Assembly (NCBI GenBank): GCA_963800795.1
Contig: CAWDCJ010000004.1
Coordinates: forward strand, 21,742-85,741
Length of the DNA stretch: 64,000 nucleotides
Source of the DNA: an uncultured Chloroflexia bacterium
GTDB lineage: Bacteria; Chloroflexota; Limnocylindria; Limnocylindrales; CSP1-4
Reading direction: 5' to 3'
Position numbers and translations under genes: made by a program. The notes beneath the pieces were generated by a model that ran no database searches, was not told the origin of the DNA, and saw only the letters and a list, made by a program, of their open reading frames with translations. This document shows positions 28,130 to 39,918 of the stretch, piece after piece. Every line of letters starts with the position of its first letter. The stretch's first letter is position 1.

Positions 28130-29395
28130 TCACTCGGGGGCGGCGACCATCTCCACGGCACTCCCCGGCGTCGGGTAGCGGCGCGCCACGTACTCCTCGA
28201 GCAGCCGGATGAAGCGCTCCACGATGTCGTCACCGCGGTAGGTGTCGTGCAGCTTGCCGTCGACGAACACCGGTGCCACCGGCGCCTCGAACGTGCCCGG
28301 CAGACTGATGCCGATATCCGCGTGCTTGCTCTCCCCCGGCCCGTTCACGACGCACCCCATCACGGCCACGCGGAGGTCCTCGACGCCAGGATGGAGCGTT
28401 CGCCAGGTCGGCATCCGCTCCTTGAGATGATCCTGGATGTCGCGGGCCATCTCCTGGAAGAACACCGAGGTCGTGCGCCCGCAGCCTGGGCAGGCGCTCA
28501 CCTGGGGCATGAAGCTGCGCAACCCGAGCGACTGGAGGACCTGCTGGGCGACCTCGACCTCCAGCTCCCGCCCGGCTCCCGGCTCCGGTGTCAACGACAC
28601 GCGGATGGTGTCCCCGATCCCCTCGCTGAGCAGGACGCTGAGGCCCGCCGTCGACGCGACAATTCCCTTCATCCCCATCCCGGCCTCCGTGAGGCCGAGG
28701 TGGAGGGGGTAGTCGCACCGGGCAGCCAGGCGGTGGTAGACGTCCACGAGGTCGCGGACGCCGGACACCTTTGCGCTCAGGATGATCCGGTCGTGCCGCA
28801 GCCCCGTCTCCTCGGCCAGCTCCGCGGAGCGGAGCGCCGAGGCGAGCATGGCCTCGATCATCACGTCCCGGCTCTCCCGGGGCGTCGCGAGCGAGGCGTT
28901 GGCCTCCATCATCGAGGTCAGGAGGGCCGGGTCCAGGGAGCCCCAGTTGACACCGATCCGGACCGGCCGGTCGTGCTCGACGGCGACTCGCACGATCGTC
29001 TGGAAGTTGTCGTCGTGGCGCTTGCCGCCGACGTTGCCGGGGTTGATCCGGTACTTCGCCAGCGCGCGAGCCATCTCCGGGTAGTCCACCAGGAGCTGAT
29101 GGCCGTTGTAGTGGAAGTCGCCCACGATCGGCGTATCGAAGCCGAGGTCGCGCACCTTGCGGACCATCTCCGGGACCGCTGCGGCTGCCGCCTCCGTGTT
29201 CACGGTGACGCGGACCAGCTGGGAGCCGGCGCCGGCGAGCCGGACGACCTGCAGGGCCGTCGCGTCGGCGTCCGCGGTATCCGTGTTCGTCATCGACTGG
29301 ACGACGATCGGGTGGGCGCTCCCCACGGGTACGCCGCCGACGTCGACCGACACCGTCGTCCGGCGGACCGGGCGCAACCGGTCGGCGTCCGTCAC
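28130..29395 (-). CDS. ispG: 4-hydroxy-3-methylbut-2-en-1-yl diphosphate synthase (IspG/GcpE)
   Basis: [14 protein letters not shown]...INPGNVG...C-terminal 4Fe-4S cysteines ([10 protein letters not shown]...[10 protein letters not shown]). Confidence 0.9.
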   Translation of the reverse strand: MTDADRLRPVRRTTVSVDVGGVPVGSAHPIVVQSMTNTDTADADATALQVVRLAGAGSQLVRVTVNTEAAAAAVPEMVRKVRDLGFDTPIVGDFHYNGHQLLVDYPEMARALAKYRINPGNVGGKRHDDNFQTIVRVAVEHDRPVRIGVNWGSLDPALLTSMMEANASLATPRESRDVMIEAMLASALRSAELAEETGLRHDRIILSAKVSGVRDLVDVYHRLAARCDYPLHLGLTEAGMGMKGIVASTAGLSVLLSEGIGDTIRVSLTPEPGAGRELEVEVAQQVLQSLGLRSFMPQVSACPGCGRTTSVFFQEMARDIQDHLKERMPTWRTLHPGVEDLRVAVMGCVVNGPGESKHADIGISLPGTFEAPVAPVFVDGKLHDTYRGDDIVERFIRLLEEYVARRYPTPGSAVEMVAAPE

Positions 29396-30550
29396 GGCGT
29401 GCCTCCGGTCACCTGGCGGGCGACGTCGAAGTAGGTGATCCAGATGAGGAACCCGAACAGGAAGACGAAGCCGACCAGGTAGGTGAGGCGCTCGATCGAG
29501 ATCGCCGTCTCCGCCGACAGGCCCCTGCCGCGGAAGCCGGCTCGCCGCAGGACTGCCCCGCCGCTCGCGAACAGGGACCGCAGCAGGATCACCAGCATCC
29601 GGCCGCCATCGAGCGGCGGGAACGGCAGGATGTTGACGAGGGCAAGGTTCGCCGACAGCAGTCCTGCGAGGTACAGGGTGAAGATGGGCCCGAGCTGCCA
29701 GAAGACGTCGCCGACCTGGACCGCGATCCCGACCGGCCCGCTGACGGGCGGCGCCTGGGTCGGGTTCGACGCCACGGACGTGACGAGCGACGCGAGGCCG
29801 TCCACGATGAGCCGGAAGGCACTGACCGTCCAGGCTGCCCCCGCCTGGACCGCGGACACGGGGTCACGGCCCGCATACGCGCCGCTGAAGACCAGGCCCG
29901 CGCTTCGAATTCCGAGTGCACCCTGGGTCGCCGCCACGTCCGGCGGCCTGAGCGTCACCGTCACATCGCGCTCGGCGCCGCCCGCTGCGCGCACGAGGAG
30001 CGTCACGGTCTGGCCCGCTCGGTTGCGAAGCGCGTCGATTGCAGCCTGGCCCGCCTGTGGGCTCGGCAGGAGGTCGAAGGTCGACCCGTCGATGGCGAGG
30101 ATCGTCTCGCCCGCCTGGAGCCCGGCGTGCTCCGCCGGGGAACCGGCCACGACCTCATCGAAGGTGAGGCCGCCCTGTGGCGTCGCGAGCCAGGCGATCG
30201 CGGTGAAGATCACGAACGCGACGAGCGAGGTTCATCGCCACGCCGGCAACCAGGACCAGCATCTTCTTCAGGAGTCCCGCCGCGGCGAAGGAGCGCGGGT
30301 CGTCGGAATCCCCGTCCTCGCCCTCCAGCAGCACATAGCCGCCGATCGGGAGCCAGCGCAGCGTGTAGAGGGTCTCGCCCTTTGCGCGCAACACACGAAC
30401 CCGTGGGCCCATCCCGATCGCGAACTCGTGCACGCGCATGCCGAACAGGCGCGCCACCACGAAATGGCCCAGCTCGTGGACCAGGACGAGCCCGCACAGG
30501 ATGACCACGAACAGGAGGATCGTGATCGCCCCCTGGATGACCGCCGGCAT
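29392..30550 (-). CDS. rseP: RIP metalloprotease RseP/Rip1 (M50 site-2 protease) with PDZ domain; 1-bp frameshift near 30222
   Basis: [17 protein letters not shown] (HExxH) ... PDZ region ([20 protein letters not shown]) ... [17 protein letters not shown] (LDG motif). N-terminal part is in ORF 30155..30550, the rest in ORF 29392..30213. Confidence 0.8.
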
Positions 30551-30558
30551 GAATCCTC

Positions 30559-31800
30559 CTACGCAGGCCGTGCGCCGCCGGTTCCCGGCGCGCCGAACGT
30601 CGCCCGAACCTCGCGGTCCAGCGCGACGAGGTCATCGTACCCCGGCTCCTGCCCGGGACCCGTCCCGAAGCGCGCCACGGCCTCCTCGAGCAGGCGGGCG
30701 ATCCCCGGGAAGTCCAGCGTCCCCTCGAGGAATCGCGCCACGGCCACGTCGTCCGCGGCGATCAGCGCGGCGCTGGCGCGCGACCCAAGCATCCCGGCCT
30801 CGCGGGCGATCCGGAGGGCCGGGAACCGCGCGCGTGTCGGGGGACCGGAAATCCAGCGGCCCGGCGGCCACGAGGTCCGGAGTGGCGGCAGGCGACGGCC
30901 GGCGGGACGGATGCGTGATCGCGTACTGGATCGGGAGCCGCATGTCCGGAGTGCCAAGCTGGGCCTTGAGCGAGCCGTCCACGAAGCGCACGGCGGAGTG
31001 GACCACCGACTGGGGATGGATGACGACCTCGATGGCCGCGAAGTCCACGTCGTAGAGCCAATGCGCCTCGATCACCTCGAGGCCCTTGTTGGCGAGGGTC
31101 GCCGAATCGATCGTGATCTTGGCCCCCATGCTCCATGTCGGGTGGCGGAGTGCCATCGCGGGCGTGATGCCGGCGAACGCCTCGGCCGGCGTGTCGAGGA
31201 ACGGGCCGCCCGACGCCGTGAGCACGAGCGCGGCAACTCCCGCCATCTCTTCGCCGACGAGGCACTGCCAGATGGCCGAGTGCTCCGAGTCGATCGGCCG
31301 GAGCCAGCCCAGCGGGTGCGCCAAGGGGCTCGCTCGGGTCGGCGGCGGCGTGCGCCGCCGCGAGGGCCCGGGCCTCCGCCATGACCAGGTGCCCGCCCGC
31401 GACGAGCGTCTCCTTGTTGGCGGTCGCCACGACCTTGCCCGCCCGGAGCGCGGCCAGGACCGGCCGCAGGCTCACGATGCCGCCCGTCGCGACCACGACG
31501 AGGTCGACGTCGTCGCGGGTCACCATCTCCACGAGCGCGTCCTCGCCGTGGAGCCGAAGCGTGCCCGCGGGAAGGTCGAGCGGCGTGTCGTCGCCAAGCG
31601 CGACCGCGCGCGGTCGGAACTGGCGGGCCTGCGTCTCGAGGAGCGAAGCTCGGGAGCCGGTCGCGAGCGCCACCACGCGCCACTCGGGGGCAAGCCCGGC
31701 CAGCACCTCGAGCGCCTGGCGCCCGATCGAGCCGCCGGAGCCGAGGAGCGCGACGCCGAGCCCCGCCTCAGCCGGCGACGGAGCGCGACATACACCACCA
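30559..31800 (-). CDS. dxr: 1-deoxy-D-xylulose 5-phosphate reductoisomerase; at least two frameshifts
   Basis: [19 protein letters not shown]...[17 protein letters not shown] (frame of 30762..32363). Then [16 protein letters not shown]...[39 protein letters not shown] (30632..31324). Then [30 protein letters not shown] (30559..30957). The 5' end is unclear; a possible ATG lies at ~31790. Confidence 0.75.
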
Positions 31801-32643
31801 GAACAGGCCCGGCGAACAGGAACGAGTCGAGGCGATCCAGGATTCCGCCGTGTCCCGGGATCCACGTCCCGGAGTCCTTCGCGCCGGCCGCCCGTTTGAG
31901 CAGGCTCTCGGCGAGGTCTCCCGCCTGGGCCGCCGCGCCCAAGGAGCGGCCCCAGGACCAGGCCTTCGAGCGGCGACCGGCCACTCATCGCGAGGACGGC
32001 CGCGACGCCGACCGTGGCGACCACGAGGCCGCCGAGGACGCCCTCCATGGTCTTGCTGGGCGAGATCCAGGGCAGGAACGGGCGTCGCCCGAAGGCCCGA
32101 CCGACCAGGTAGGCACCGGTGTCGAAGCTCCAGACTGCGGCCAGCAGCACGAGCACCCATCGCCGCTCCGGCCAGAAGACGCGGTCGAACGAGGCCGGAT
32201 CCGTCCACTGGGTGGTGAGGAACGCGAGCGTGCCGAGGAGGCCCACGTATGCGGCTCCGAACACCGTGGACGACCAGGTCGGCAAAGCCATCCGCCGGGT
32301 CGCGACGGGCAAACGCGACGATCGCCAGGCCGGCTGCCACCGCGCCCAGGAAGGCGATGCCATCGACCGAGCTCACCCGCGTCGCGAAATCAAGGGCCGG
32401 CGCGGGCCGACCCAGCAGGTGGCTGCCGAGCATCGCGGGGATCGCCGCCGCGGCGACGAGGATGGCCGCGCCCGCCACCACCCCGTTGTGGATGACGGGA
32501 CGCCCGGCAAGCGGCAGCAGGTGCTCGACCTCACGCGCCGCCAGGCCGGCAAGGATGACGGTCAGATGACGCCGATCCCGACACCGCCCGCCGCAATCGC
32601 GAGGGCAACCACCGGGACGATGACGAGCGCGCCCTGGGTCCGC
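31765..32643 (-). CDS. cdsA: Phosphatidate cytidylyltransferase (CDP-diglyceride synthase); about four frame changes
   Basis: GTG ~32641-32643, directly after the uppS stop. Conserved C-terminal half [33 protein letters not shown]...[39 protein letters not shown] is spread over ORFs 30762..32363 and 31520..31984. Confidence 0.7.
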
Positions 32644-32663
32644 TCGCGCACCGGTCGACCGGA

Positions 32664-33386
32664 TCAGCGCCCGAACCGACGTCCGCGCCCCGCGTACTCC
32701 TCGAGCGCGGTGTCGAATGCGTCGGCGTCGAAGTCGGGCCACAGTGCCGGACAGGAGTGAAACTCCGCGTAGGCGGACTGCCAGATCAGGAAATTCGAGA
32801 GGCGCTGCTCGCCGCCGGTGCGGATCACGAGGTCGGGGTCGGGCAGCCCGGCGGTGTAGAGCCGGGAAGCGATCGTCGCTTCGTCGATCTCGTCCGCCGG
32901 CGTGCCGGCCGCGACGATGGCCCGGACTGCATCGACGATCTCGGTTCGACCGGCATAGTTGAACGCGATGTTGAGAACCAGGCGGGTCCCGCCCTCGGTC
33001 GCCGCGAGCGCCTCCGTGATGGAGTCCCGGACATCCGCCGGGACCTCCGCCAGGCGCCCCGCCACCCGGACGCGGACTCCCTGCCGCACGAGCTCGGGCG
33101 TCTCCGCGCGGATCGCCTGGTCGAGGAGCGAGAACAGCCCGGCAACCTCCGCCTCAGAGCGGGCCCAGTTCTCGCGGCTGAACGCATACAGCGAGAGGAC
33201 CGAGATGCCGCGCCGGATGGCGTGCTCCACCAGCCAGTGGATCTTGTCGACCCCCGCGCCGTGCCCCTGGAGCTCCGGCACGCCGTGGGCCCGAGCCCAG
33301 CGACGATTGCCGTCCATGATGATCGCCACGTGCGCCGGACTAGGACCGTTCTCGGGCGGCTCGTCGGCTTCCGGAGCGCGGGCCAT
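32664..33386 (-). CDS. uppS: Isoprenyl transferase / undecaprenyl-diphosphate synthase
   Basis: HVAIIMDGNRRWA...LSLYAFSRENWARS...LVIRTGGEQRLSNFLIWQSAYAEF. Confidence 0.85.
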   Translation of the reverse strand: MARAPEADEPPENGPSPAHVAIIMDGNRRWARAHGVPELQGHGAGVDKIHWLVEHAIRRGISVLSLYAFSRENWARSEAEVAGLFSLLDQAIRAETPELVRQGVRVRVAGRLAEVPADVRDSITEALAATEGGTRLVLNIAFNYAGRTEIVDAVRAIVAAGTPADEIDEATIASRLYTAGLPDPDLVIRTGGEQRLSNFLIWQSAYAEFHSCPALWPDFDADAFDTALEEYAGRGRRFGR

Positions 33387-33440
33387 CGGATGCGCGCCCG
33401 GCGGGGCGACCGTGGGCCGGTCCAGCTGGGCGTGGCTCAC

Positions 33441-33998
33441 CTAGACCTCGAGGACCTCGCGTTCCTTTGCCCCGCCCACCTTGTCGACCTCGGCGATCTG
33501 GCGGTCGGTCACCTTCTGCAGGACCTCGAGCTCGCGGTGCGCCTCGTCCGTGCCGAGATCGCCGTCGCGCTCTTCCTTCTTGATCGCGTCGGCGGCCTCG
33601 CGGCGCAGGTTCCGGATCTCGACCCGGGCCTCTTCCATGCGCTTGTGGACGGTCTTGACGATGTCGTGACGGCGCTCCTCGGTAAGCTGCGGGATGTTCA
33701 GCCGGACCGCCGTGCCATCGACGTTGGGCGTGATGCCCACGTCGCTCTTGAGGATCGCCTTCTCGATGGCGCCGAGGACGCTGCGATCCCACGGCTGGAT
33801 CACGATCTGGTGTGGCTCCGGCACGCTGATCCCGGCGAGCTGGTTGAGCGGCGTGGACGTGCCGTAGTACTCGACGTGGATCCGCTCCACGAGCGCGGTG
33901 GAGGCCCGGCCCGTTCGAATCCCCTGCAGGTCGCGCTCCAGGACCTCCACGGCCCGCGTCATCTTCGGCTCGATGATCCCGAGGACCTGGCTGCTCAT
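33441..33998 (-). CDS. frr: Ribosome recycling factor
   Basis: 185 aa with typical Frr sequence (…[36 protein letters not shown]…). Confidence 0.9.
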   Translation of the reverse strand: MSSQVLGIIEPKMTRAVEVLERDLQGIRTGRASTALVERIHVEYYGTSTPLNQLAGISVPEPHQIVIQPWDRSVLGAIEKAILKSDVGITPNVDGTAVRLNIPQLTEERRHDIVKTVHKRMEEARVEIRNLRREAADAIKKEERDGDLGTDEAHRELEVLQKVTDRQIAEVDKVGGAKEREVLEV

Positions 33999-34768
33999 GC
34001 GGGGGTACCTCCGGCGGCGATGCGGGTCCCGATCGGCTCTCCCATCGCGGCCCGGCGCACGTTCTCGGGCTCGTTCAGGTCGAAGACGATGATCGGTAGA
34101 TCATTCTCCATGCAGAGCGAGACGGCCGTGGTGTCCAGGACGGCGAGCCGCCCGGCCAGGACCTCCGCGAACGTGAGCTCCGTGTAGCGCCGCGCACCCG
34201 GGTGGGTCAGCGGATCCGCCTCGTAGACGCCGTCGACCTTGGTCGCCTTCAGCAGCACGGATGCGCCGATCTCCACCGCGCGCAGGGCGGCGGCCGTGTC
34301 CGTCGTGAAGTACGGGTTGCCTGTCCCGGCCACGAAGATCGCGACCCGGCCCTTCTCGAGGTGGCGGATCGCGCGCCGCCGGATGTACGGCTCGGCAACC
34401 TCGTTCATCGCGATTGCGGTCATCACCCGCGTGGGGACCCCAACCCGCTCGAGGGCGTCCTGGAGAGCCAGACCGTTCATGACCGTCGCAAGCATGCCGA
34501 TGTAGTCGCCGGTCGCGCGGTCCATCCCCCGTGCGGCCGCCGCGAGGCCGCGGAAGATGTTCCCGCCGCCGACCACGATGCCTACCTGGACGCCCGCCGT
34601 GCGAGCGGCCGCGATCTGGCCGGCGATGAACGCGCAGAAGGCCGGGTCCACGCCGTACTGGCGTTCGCCCAGCAGCGCCTCGCCGGAGATCTTGAGCAGG
34701 ATCCGGCCGTAGCGCGGCCCGGCCGCGGCGCCGGCCGTCGCCCCGGCCCCGGCCCCAGCCTCGCTCAC
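33995..34768 (-). CDS. pyrH: UMP kinase
   Basis: [14 protein letters not shown]...[10 protein letters not shown]...[11 protein letters not shown]... Confidence 0.9.
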   Translation of the reverse strand: MSEAGAGAGATAGAAAGPRYGRILLKISGEALLGERQYGVDPAFCAFIAGQIAAARTAGVQVGIVVGGGNIFRGLAAAARGMDRATGDYIGMLATVMNGLALQDALERVGVPTRVMTAIAMNEVAEPYIRRRAIRHLEKGRVAIFVAGTGNPYFTTDTAAALRAVEIGASVLLKATKVDGVYEADPLTHPGARRYTELTFAEVLAGRLAVLDTTAVSLCMENDLPIIVFDLNEPENVRRAAMGEPIGTRIAAGGTPA

Positions 34769-35364
34769 AGCTCCTCGCCGAGCGCGTAGCGGGCGAAGCG
34801 GCGAACGCGGATGTTCTCGCCGATCGTGGCGATCGCGGACGTCACGAGATCACCCACGCTGATGTCCGTGTCACGGAAGGGCTGCTCCATCAGGCACACC
34901 TCTGCGTACCACTTCTTGAGCTGGCCGTCCACGATCTGGGGGCGAATGTGCTCCGGCTTCTTCTGGGTGGCCTCGTCCGCCAGCAGGGCGGCCTTCTTCG
35001 CCTCCAGCTCCGCCGCGGGAATCCGCTCGACGTCGACGAACATCGGGGCCAGTCCGGCGACCTGGACGGCCAGGTCGTGCACCAGCTTCTGGAACTGCTC
35101 CGTCCTCGCGACGAAGTCCGTCTCGCAGTTGACCTCGATGAGGACGCCCACGCGCCCCCCAGGATGGATGTAGCTAGCGACCAGGCCCTCGCGGGCATCC
35201 CGCCCGGCTCTCTTGGCGGCCGCTGCAAGGCCGCGCTCGCGGAGAAGGATCGTGGCCTTCTCGAGGTCGCCGTCCGATTCCTCCAGGGCACGCTTGCAAT
35301 CCATGAACCCGGCGCCGGTGCGCTCGCGAAGCTCCTTGACGTCGCTCGCGGAAATGTTGGCCAT
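34765..35364 (-). CDS. tsf: Elongation factor Ts
   Basis: [37 protein letters not shown] (UBA-like N-terminus) ... [12 protein letters not shown]. Confidence 0.9.
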   Translation of the reverse strand: MANISASDVKELRERTGAGFMDCKRALEESDGDLEKATILLRERGLAAAAKRAGRDAREGLVASYIHPGGRVGVLIEVNCETDFVARTEQFQKLVHDLAVQVAGLAPMFVDVERIPAAELEAKKAALLADEATQKKPEHIRPQIVDGQLKKWYAEVCLMEQPFRDTDISVGDLVTSAIATIGENIRVRRFARYALGEEL

Positions 35365-35433
35365 CGGTGGGTGCGTCTCCTGTCACGTGCGGCCGGTGGC
35401 GCGTGCCCCCGGCCCGGCTGAAATCTCGGCGGG

Positions 35434-36339
35434 TTACTCGGCCGGGACGATCAGGTCTGCCGGGTCGGCAGGCTCGACCGGGGCGGTAAGCCCTGCACCG
35501 GGCAGCAGCGAATCCTCTTCGATGTCCGGCTCGAACGTGAGCGCACCCCCGGCGGCCAGCTGGGCCACGAGCTCGTCCGCAGAGGCAAGCTCGTCCGCGG
35601 CGAACGCCTCCGCCATCTCCGGCTCGGGCTCCGGCTCGCGGTCGCTCCGGGCTGCGCGCTCGCGGTTGCCCTCGATGGCCGCGTCGGCAATCAGCGAGCA
35701 CAGCAGCCGGATGGCCCGGATCGCGTCGTCGTTGCCGGGGATGATGTAGTCCAGCTCGTCGGGGTCGACGTTCGTGTCGCCGGTCCCGATGATCGGGATC
35801 TCCAGCTTGATGCATTCGGCGACCGCGATCCGCTCCCTGGCCGGGTCGATGATGAAGACCGCGCCGGGCAGGCGCCGCATCTTCCGGATCCCGCCCAGCG
35901 AGAGCTTCAGCTTGCGAAGCTCTTCCGAGTGGACCGCCGCCTCCTTCTTCGTCATGCGGTCGAAGTCGCCGTTGAGCTGGCGCGCCTCGAGCTGCTCGAG
36001 GAGGCCAAGGCGCTTCTTGATCGTCACGAAGTTGGTCAGCATGCCGCCCAGCCAGCGGCTGGTCACGTACGGCTGGCCCGCCCGCTCCGCCTCCTGGACG
36101 ATCGGCTCCTGGGCCTGCTTCTTGGTCCCCACAAAGAGGACCTGCTCGCCCCGGGCGGTGGTCTCGCGGATCGCGTCGAGCGCAAGGTCGAGACGCTTGA
36201 CCGTCTGGGCCAGGTCGATGATGTGGATCCCGTTGCGCTCGGCGAAGATGAACGGGCGCATCTTGGGATTCCAGCGGCGTGTCTGGTGGCCGAAGTGAAC
36301 GCCGGCCTCGAGGAGCTGCCGCATGGAGACGGTGGGCAC
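35434..36339 (-). CDS. rpsB: 30S ribosomal protein S2 with acidic PE-rich C-terminal extension
   Basis: [43 protein letters not shown]... GTG 36337-36339 sits 9 nt after AGGAGG. Confidence 0.9.
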   Translation of the reverse strand: MPTVSMRQLLEAGVHFGHQTRRWNPKMRPFIFAERNGIHIIDLAQTVKRLDLALDAIRETTARGEQVLFVGTKKQAQEPIVQEAERAGQPYVTSRWLGGMLTNFVTIKKRLGLLEQLEARQLNGDFDRMTKKEAAVHSEELRKLKLSLGGIRKMRRLPGAVFIIDPARERIAVAECIKLEIPIIGTGDTNVDPDELDYIIPGNDDAIRAIRLLCSLIADAAIEGNRERAARSDREPEPEPEMAEAFAADELASADELVAQLAAGGALTFEPDIEEDSLLPGAGLTAPVEPADPADLIVPAE

Positions 36340-36509
36340 GGGGATGGACCTCCTGCTCGGTTGTACCTCCGCGGGCCCTGCCCCGGGACCGGGCGACCCA
36401 GAGGCAGCCCGGCACCGACCCGAGACGTGGTCTGGCACCGCGTGTGAACTCGCCGGCCGGGATATCGGCACGGCGGCGACCGCCGGAGTACCGGTGGCCG
36501 GGGCGGAGT

Positions 36510-37001
36510 CTACCACAGGGCCACCTGCCCGCCGCCCGGTCCCGCGGCCCCGTGCCGTCGGTCGCCCGCCAGGATCGCTGCGATCACCCGACCGCGCGGT
36601 GGTGGCGAACCCGCGGCGGACCGCCTTGCCACGCGGGCGGTTCCACGACCACGAGGTCCAGTCGAACCGGGAGGTCTGGCAGGGCCGTCCCGTCGGGGAG
36701 CCGCCCCGCGCCCAGGAGCCGCCCCAGGCCGAGTTCGCAGCATCGTGAGCTTGCGGTGATCGAGCGTCTCCTCCGGGAGCCCGTAGTCGCGCCGGCGGCG
36801 CCAGCGCACCTCGGCCACGACGAGAGAACGTTCCGGACCGGGATCGATGGCAACGAGGTCCAGCTCCGAGCGTCCGGCTCGAACCTGGCGGCCAAGGATG
36901 ACCCAGCCACGGGCGGCCAGGATCGCGGCGACGTGTGCCTCCGCGGCGTCACCGGCCCGCTGGGCGGGCGTCCGCCGGTGGTTCGGTTGGGTCGGGGCCA
37001 T
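36510..37001 (-). CDS. YraN family (UPF0102) predicted endonuclease
   Basis: [43 protein letters not shown]...[14 protein letters not shown]. The C-terminal third looks non-conserved, possibly another indel. Confidence 0.6.
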   Translation of the reverse strand: MAPTQPNHRRTPAQRAGDAAEAHVAAILAARGWVILGRQVRAGRSELDLVAIDPGPERSLVVAEVRWRRRRDYGLPEETLDHRKLTMLRTRPGAAPGRGAAPRRDGPARPPGSTGPRGRGTARVARRSAAGSPPPRGRVIAAILAGDRRHGAAGPGGGQVALW

Positions 37002-37009
37002 GCCCCACC

Positions 37010-37756
37010 CTACCCGACCGGGATCACCGCTCGCTTAGTGGACCAGGCCACCGCGCGGTGGACCCGCGAATCGGGATCCTCGCCCGGGGCCCCGACGAGC
37101 TCGTCGAGCTCGAGGTCGAGCTGCTCGACCCCAGCCAGTGCCTCGCGGACTGGCGCGAACAACCGCCGATGGAAGGGCGTCGCCCCCAGGACCCGGAGGG
37201 CGGTCCGGTGCTCGGCGGTCGCGTACCCGGCGTTGTGCTCCCAGCCGTAGCCCGGATAGCGCGTCGCGAGCCGGGCCATCAGGCGGTCGCGGACCACCTT
37301 GGCGACCACCGAGGCGCAGGCGATGGAGTACACCAATGCATCGCCGTCGACGATCGCGTCGTAGGGGCCAACGGCCGCCTCGAACCCCGCGATCGGCAGG
37401 CCGTCGACCAGGACGTGATCGTGCCCTCCGAGCCGGGCGATCGCCCGGCGCATTGCGAGGTGCGTCGCGTGGTAGATGTTGAGCCGGTCGATCTCCGCGA
37501 CGGAGGCGGCACCGACGCCCACCGCCAGGGCCCGGCGCCGGATCTCGGGCGCGAGCGCCTCGCGTTGGGCCGCGGACAGCGTCTTCGAGTCGCGCGCCCC
37601 GGCGATGCGACGACAGTTCGGGCGGAAGATGACTGCCGCGGCGACCACCGGCCCGCACGTCGGCGCAACACCCACCTCGTCGACGCCAGCCACGCGCCCC
37701 GCGCCCGCCCTCCAGAGCAGTCGTTCGCGTCGAAGCGTGGGCACGGTTGGGGCCAT
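37010..37756 (-). CDS. rnhB: Ribonuclease HII
   Basis: VAGVDEVGVAPTCGPVVAAAVI...DSKTLSA...YHATHLAMRRAI... Confidence 0.85.
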   Translation of the reverse strand: MAPTVPTLRRERLLWRAGAGRVAGVDEVGVAPTCGPVVAAAVIFRPNCRRIAGARDSKTLSAAQREALAPEIRRRALAVGVGAASVAEIDRLNIYHATHLAMRRAIARLGGHDHVLVDGLPIAGFEAAVGPYDAIVDGDALVYSIACASVVAKVVRDRLMARLATRYPGYGWEHNAGYATAEHRTALRVLGATPFHRRLFAPVREALAGVEQLDLELDELVGAPGEDPDSRVHRAVAWSTKRAVIPVG

Positions 37757-37863
37757 CGCCGGACAGCGTAGTCGAGCCAGGGCCGGGCTGCCGGGATCCC
37801 AACGGCCCCGCCGGAGCGGGGCCGCGCCTGGAGCCTGTACGGGCCACAGAGGGCCCGCGGGCG

Positions 37864-38211
37864 TCAGTTCGTGCGCCGCTCTCGGAGCGTGGCCGCCTTG
37901 CCGACCCGGCGGCGCAGGAAGTAGAGCTTCGCCCGCCGCGCCACGCCGTGTCGGACGACCTCGATCTTCTCGATCCTCGGGCTGTTGACCTTGAACGTCC
38001 GCTCGACGCCCACGCCCGAGGCGATCCGGCGCACGGTCAGCGAACGCGTGATCCCGCCGCCCGTCAGGCGCAGGATGGTGCCTTCGAAGACCTGGACACG
38101 CTCACGGTTCCCCTCGACCACCTTGGCGCTGACCTTGACCGTGTCGCCGGGCGCGAGGGCCGGGATGTCCGTTCGAATCTGGTCCTTGACGATCTCGTCG
38201 AGTACGTTCAC
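37864..38211 (-). CDS. rplS: 50S ribosomal protein L19
   Basis: [47 protein letters not shown]... GTG 38209-38211. Confidence 0.85.
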   Translation of the reverse strand: MNVLDEIVKDQIRTDIPALAPGDTVKVSAKVVEGNRERVQVFEGTILRLTGGGITRSLTVRRIASGVGVERTFKVNSPRIEKIEVVRHGVARRAKLYFLRRRVGKAATLRERRTN

Positions 38212-38348
38212 CGGGTCGACCCCTGCTGCACTGGGCGGCCAGGACGATCCCGCGGGCCGCGTTCTTGGGCACGATGGAAGGGCCGCGGATGGGCGGCCGA
38301 CGGCGGAGTATAGCACGGGCCGCCGGCGATCACGGGTTCCCGCCCCGG

Positions 38349-39119
38349 TCATCCGGGAGCCCGTCGCCCGTGCTGCGACCCACCTCGCCGGCTGCCATCT
38401 CGTCGATGACCTCGCTCGAGGAGGCGAAGCTCCTCCCGACTGAAGGTCCGCCCCTCGAGGAGGTCAGGTCGTCGCTCCAGCGTGCGCCGGAGCGACGCGC
38501 GCAGGCGCCACCGCCGGACGGCGTCATGGTCGCCCGAGGTGAGGACCGCCGGAATGCCGCGGCCCTCGAAGCTCGCCGGGCGCGTGTACTGGGGATACTC
38601 CAGGAGCCCCCGCGTGAACGACTCGTCCAGGAGGGAGCCGGGCTCGATCCCTCCCGGCAGGAGCCGCAGGACCGCATCGCAGACGACGAGCGCGGGCAGC
38701 TCCCCACCGGTCAGGACATAGTCGCCGATCGAAAGCTCGAGATCCACGATCTCGCGAATCCGCTCGTCCACGCCCTCGTAGCGCGGACAGACCAGCACGA
38801 GGTGAGGACGGGTCGCGAGATCCACCGCGCGCTCGTGCCGGAACGGCTCCCCGGCCGGGTCGAGCAGGATGACCAGGGAATCCGGCCGGCGGAGCGTCGC
38901 CAGCGCCCCGGCGACCGGCTCCGGGCGCAGGACCATCCCGGCCCCGCCGCCGTACGGGGCGTCATCCACGCTCCGGTGGCGGCCCAGGCCCCACGCGCGA
39001 AGGTCGTGGACCCGGATCGAGGCGAGGCCCTCCTCCTGGATGCGGCCGGGGATGCTCGCCGCCAGCGGTCCCGCCAGCATCTCCGGGAAGAGGGTGAGGA
39101 TGTCGATCTCCAGCCGCAC
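38349..39119 (-). CDS. trmD: tRNA (guanine37-N1)-methyltransferase
   Basis: [15 protein letters not shown]...[15 protein letters not shown]... Confidence 0.9.
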   Translation of the reverse strand: MRLEIDILTLFPEMLAGPLAASIPGRIQEEGLASIRVHDLRAWGLGRHRSVDDAPYGGGAGMVLRPEPVAGALATLRRPDSLVILLDPAGEPFRHERAVDLATRPHLVLVCPRYEGVDERIREIVDLELSIGDYVLTGGELPALVVCDAVLRLLPGGIEPGSLLDESFTRGLLEYPQYTRPASFEGRGIPAVLTSGDHDAVRRWRLRASLRRTLERRPDLLEGRTFSREELRLLERGHRRDGSRRGGSQHGRRAPG

Positions 39120-39130
39120 GTGATCTGCGC

Positions 39131-39910
39131 TCAGATCGAGGCAGTCCCGGGACTGGGTTCGGAGCCGGGTCCGGCCTCCGGCGAAGGGACCGGATCCGGC
39201 GCGCCGGGCCGCTCGGGGGCCGGGCCTGCGGGAGCTGACCCGGCGGGATCTGGGCTGGCGGATGCCGGGTCAGCCGATCCCGGGTCAGCCGATCCCGGGC
39301 CAGCGGCGGCCGGGCGCGCTTTGGGCGGAGATTGCTCGCCCTTGCGCGGGCGCGGAGCCCGGGCCGGCCGCGGCGGTCGAACCTCCTCGGCGGCCGGCAG
39401 GTCGAGGGCATCGGCGTCGGCCACGATCTCGCCGCGGCGCGGCGCCAGGATCCGGACGAACGGGCGCGCCACCGGAAGGTCGAACGGACCGCGCGGCCCT
39501 CCCTCCACGACCAGGATCTCGGCGCCGCCGGAGCGGTACACATCGCGCACGGTCCCGAGGGCCCCACCGCTCGGGTCGACGACCGGGCAGCCCACGAGCT
39601 CGTGCCAGTAGTAGCTGCCGCGCGGCAGGGGTGGGACGACGCCCGGATCCGCCTCCAGGTAGACGGACAGATACGGCGCCGCCGCGTTGCGCGACGGGAT
39701 CTCCCGAAACCGGATGATCCACCCGGGCGCCGCGGCCCAGGCCTCGCTGATCGTGAGCGGGTCGGGCGCACCTTCCGGATAGAGGCGCGCCCCCGGCGCG
39801 AACCGGGCGACCGGGTCGTCGGTCAGGACCTCAACCCGGAGTCCCCCGTTGACACCGTGGAAGCCGCGAACGAGCGCCACGACGAGACGGTCGCCAGCGG
39901 CGCCCGGCAC
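39131..39910 (-). CDS. rimM: 16S rRNA processing protein RimM with ~100-aa P/A/G/S-rich C-terminal tail
   Basis: GTG 39908-39910, 10 nt after the KH-protein stop. VPGAAGDRLVVALVRGFHGVNGGLRVEVLTDDP...PRGSYYWHELVGCPVVD. Confidence 0.75.
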   Translation of the reverse strand: MPGAAGDRLVVALVRGFHGVNGGLRVEVLTDDPVARFAPGARLYPEGAPDPLTISEAWAAAPGWIIRFREIPSRNAAAPYLSVYLEADPGVVPPLPRGSYYWHELVGCPVVDPSGGALGTVRDVYRSGGAEILVVEGGPRGPFDLPVARPFVRILAPRRGEIVADADALDLPAAEEVRPPRPARAPRPRKGEQSPPKARPAAAGPGSADPGSADPASASPDPAGSAPAGPAPERPGAPDPVPSPEAGPGSEPSPGTASI

Positions 39911-39918
39911 GCCGGGGA

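Noticed and set aside
27945-28130. Missing rimP, proS or a small ORF between ispG and nusA
   Set aside because: Only ~185 bp. It contains a terminator-like hairpin and no ORF with coding GC3. rimP appears genuinely absent at this position.
36340-36510. tRNA or small RNA in the rpsB upstream spacer (and other spacers: 4240-4465, 17755-17875, 43584-43706)
   Set aside because: No cloverleaf-compatible segments (no GTTCRANYC T-loop, no CCA-end context) were seen by eye. Only GC hairpins.
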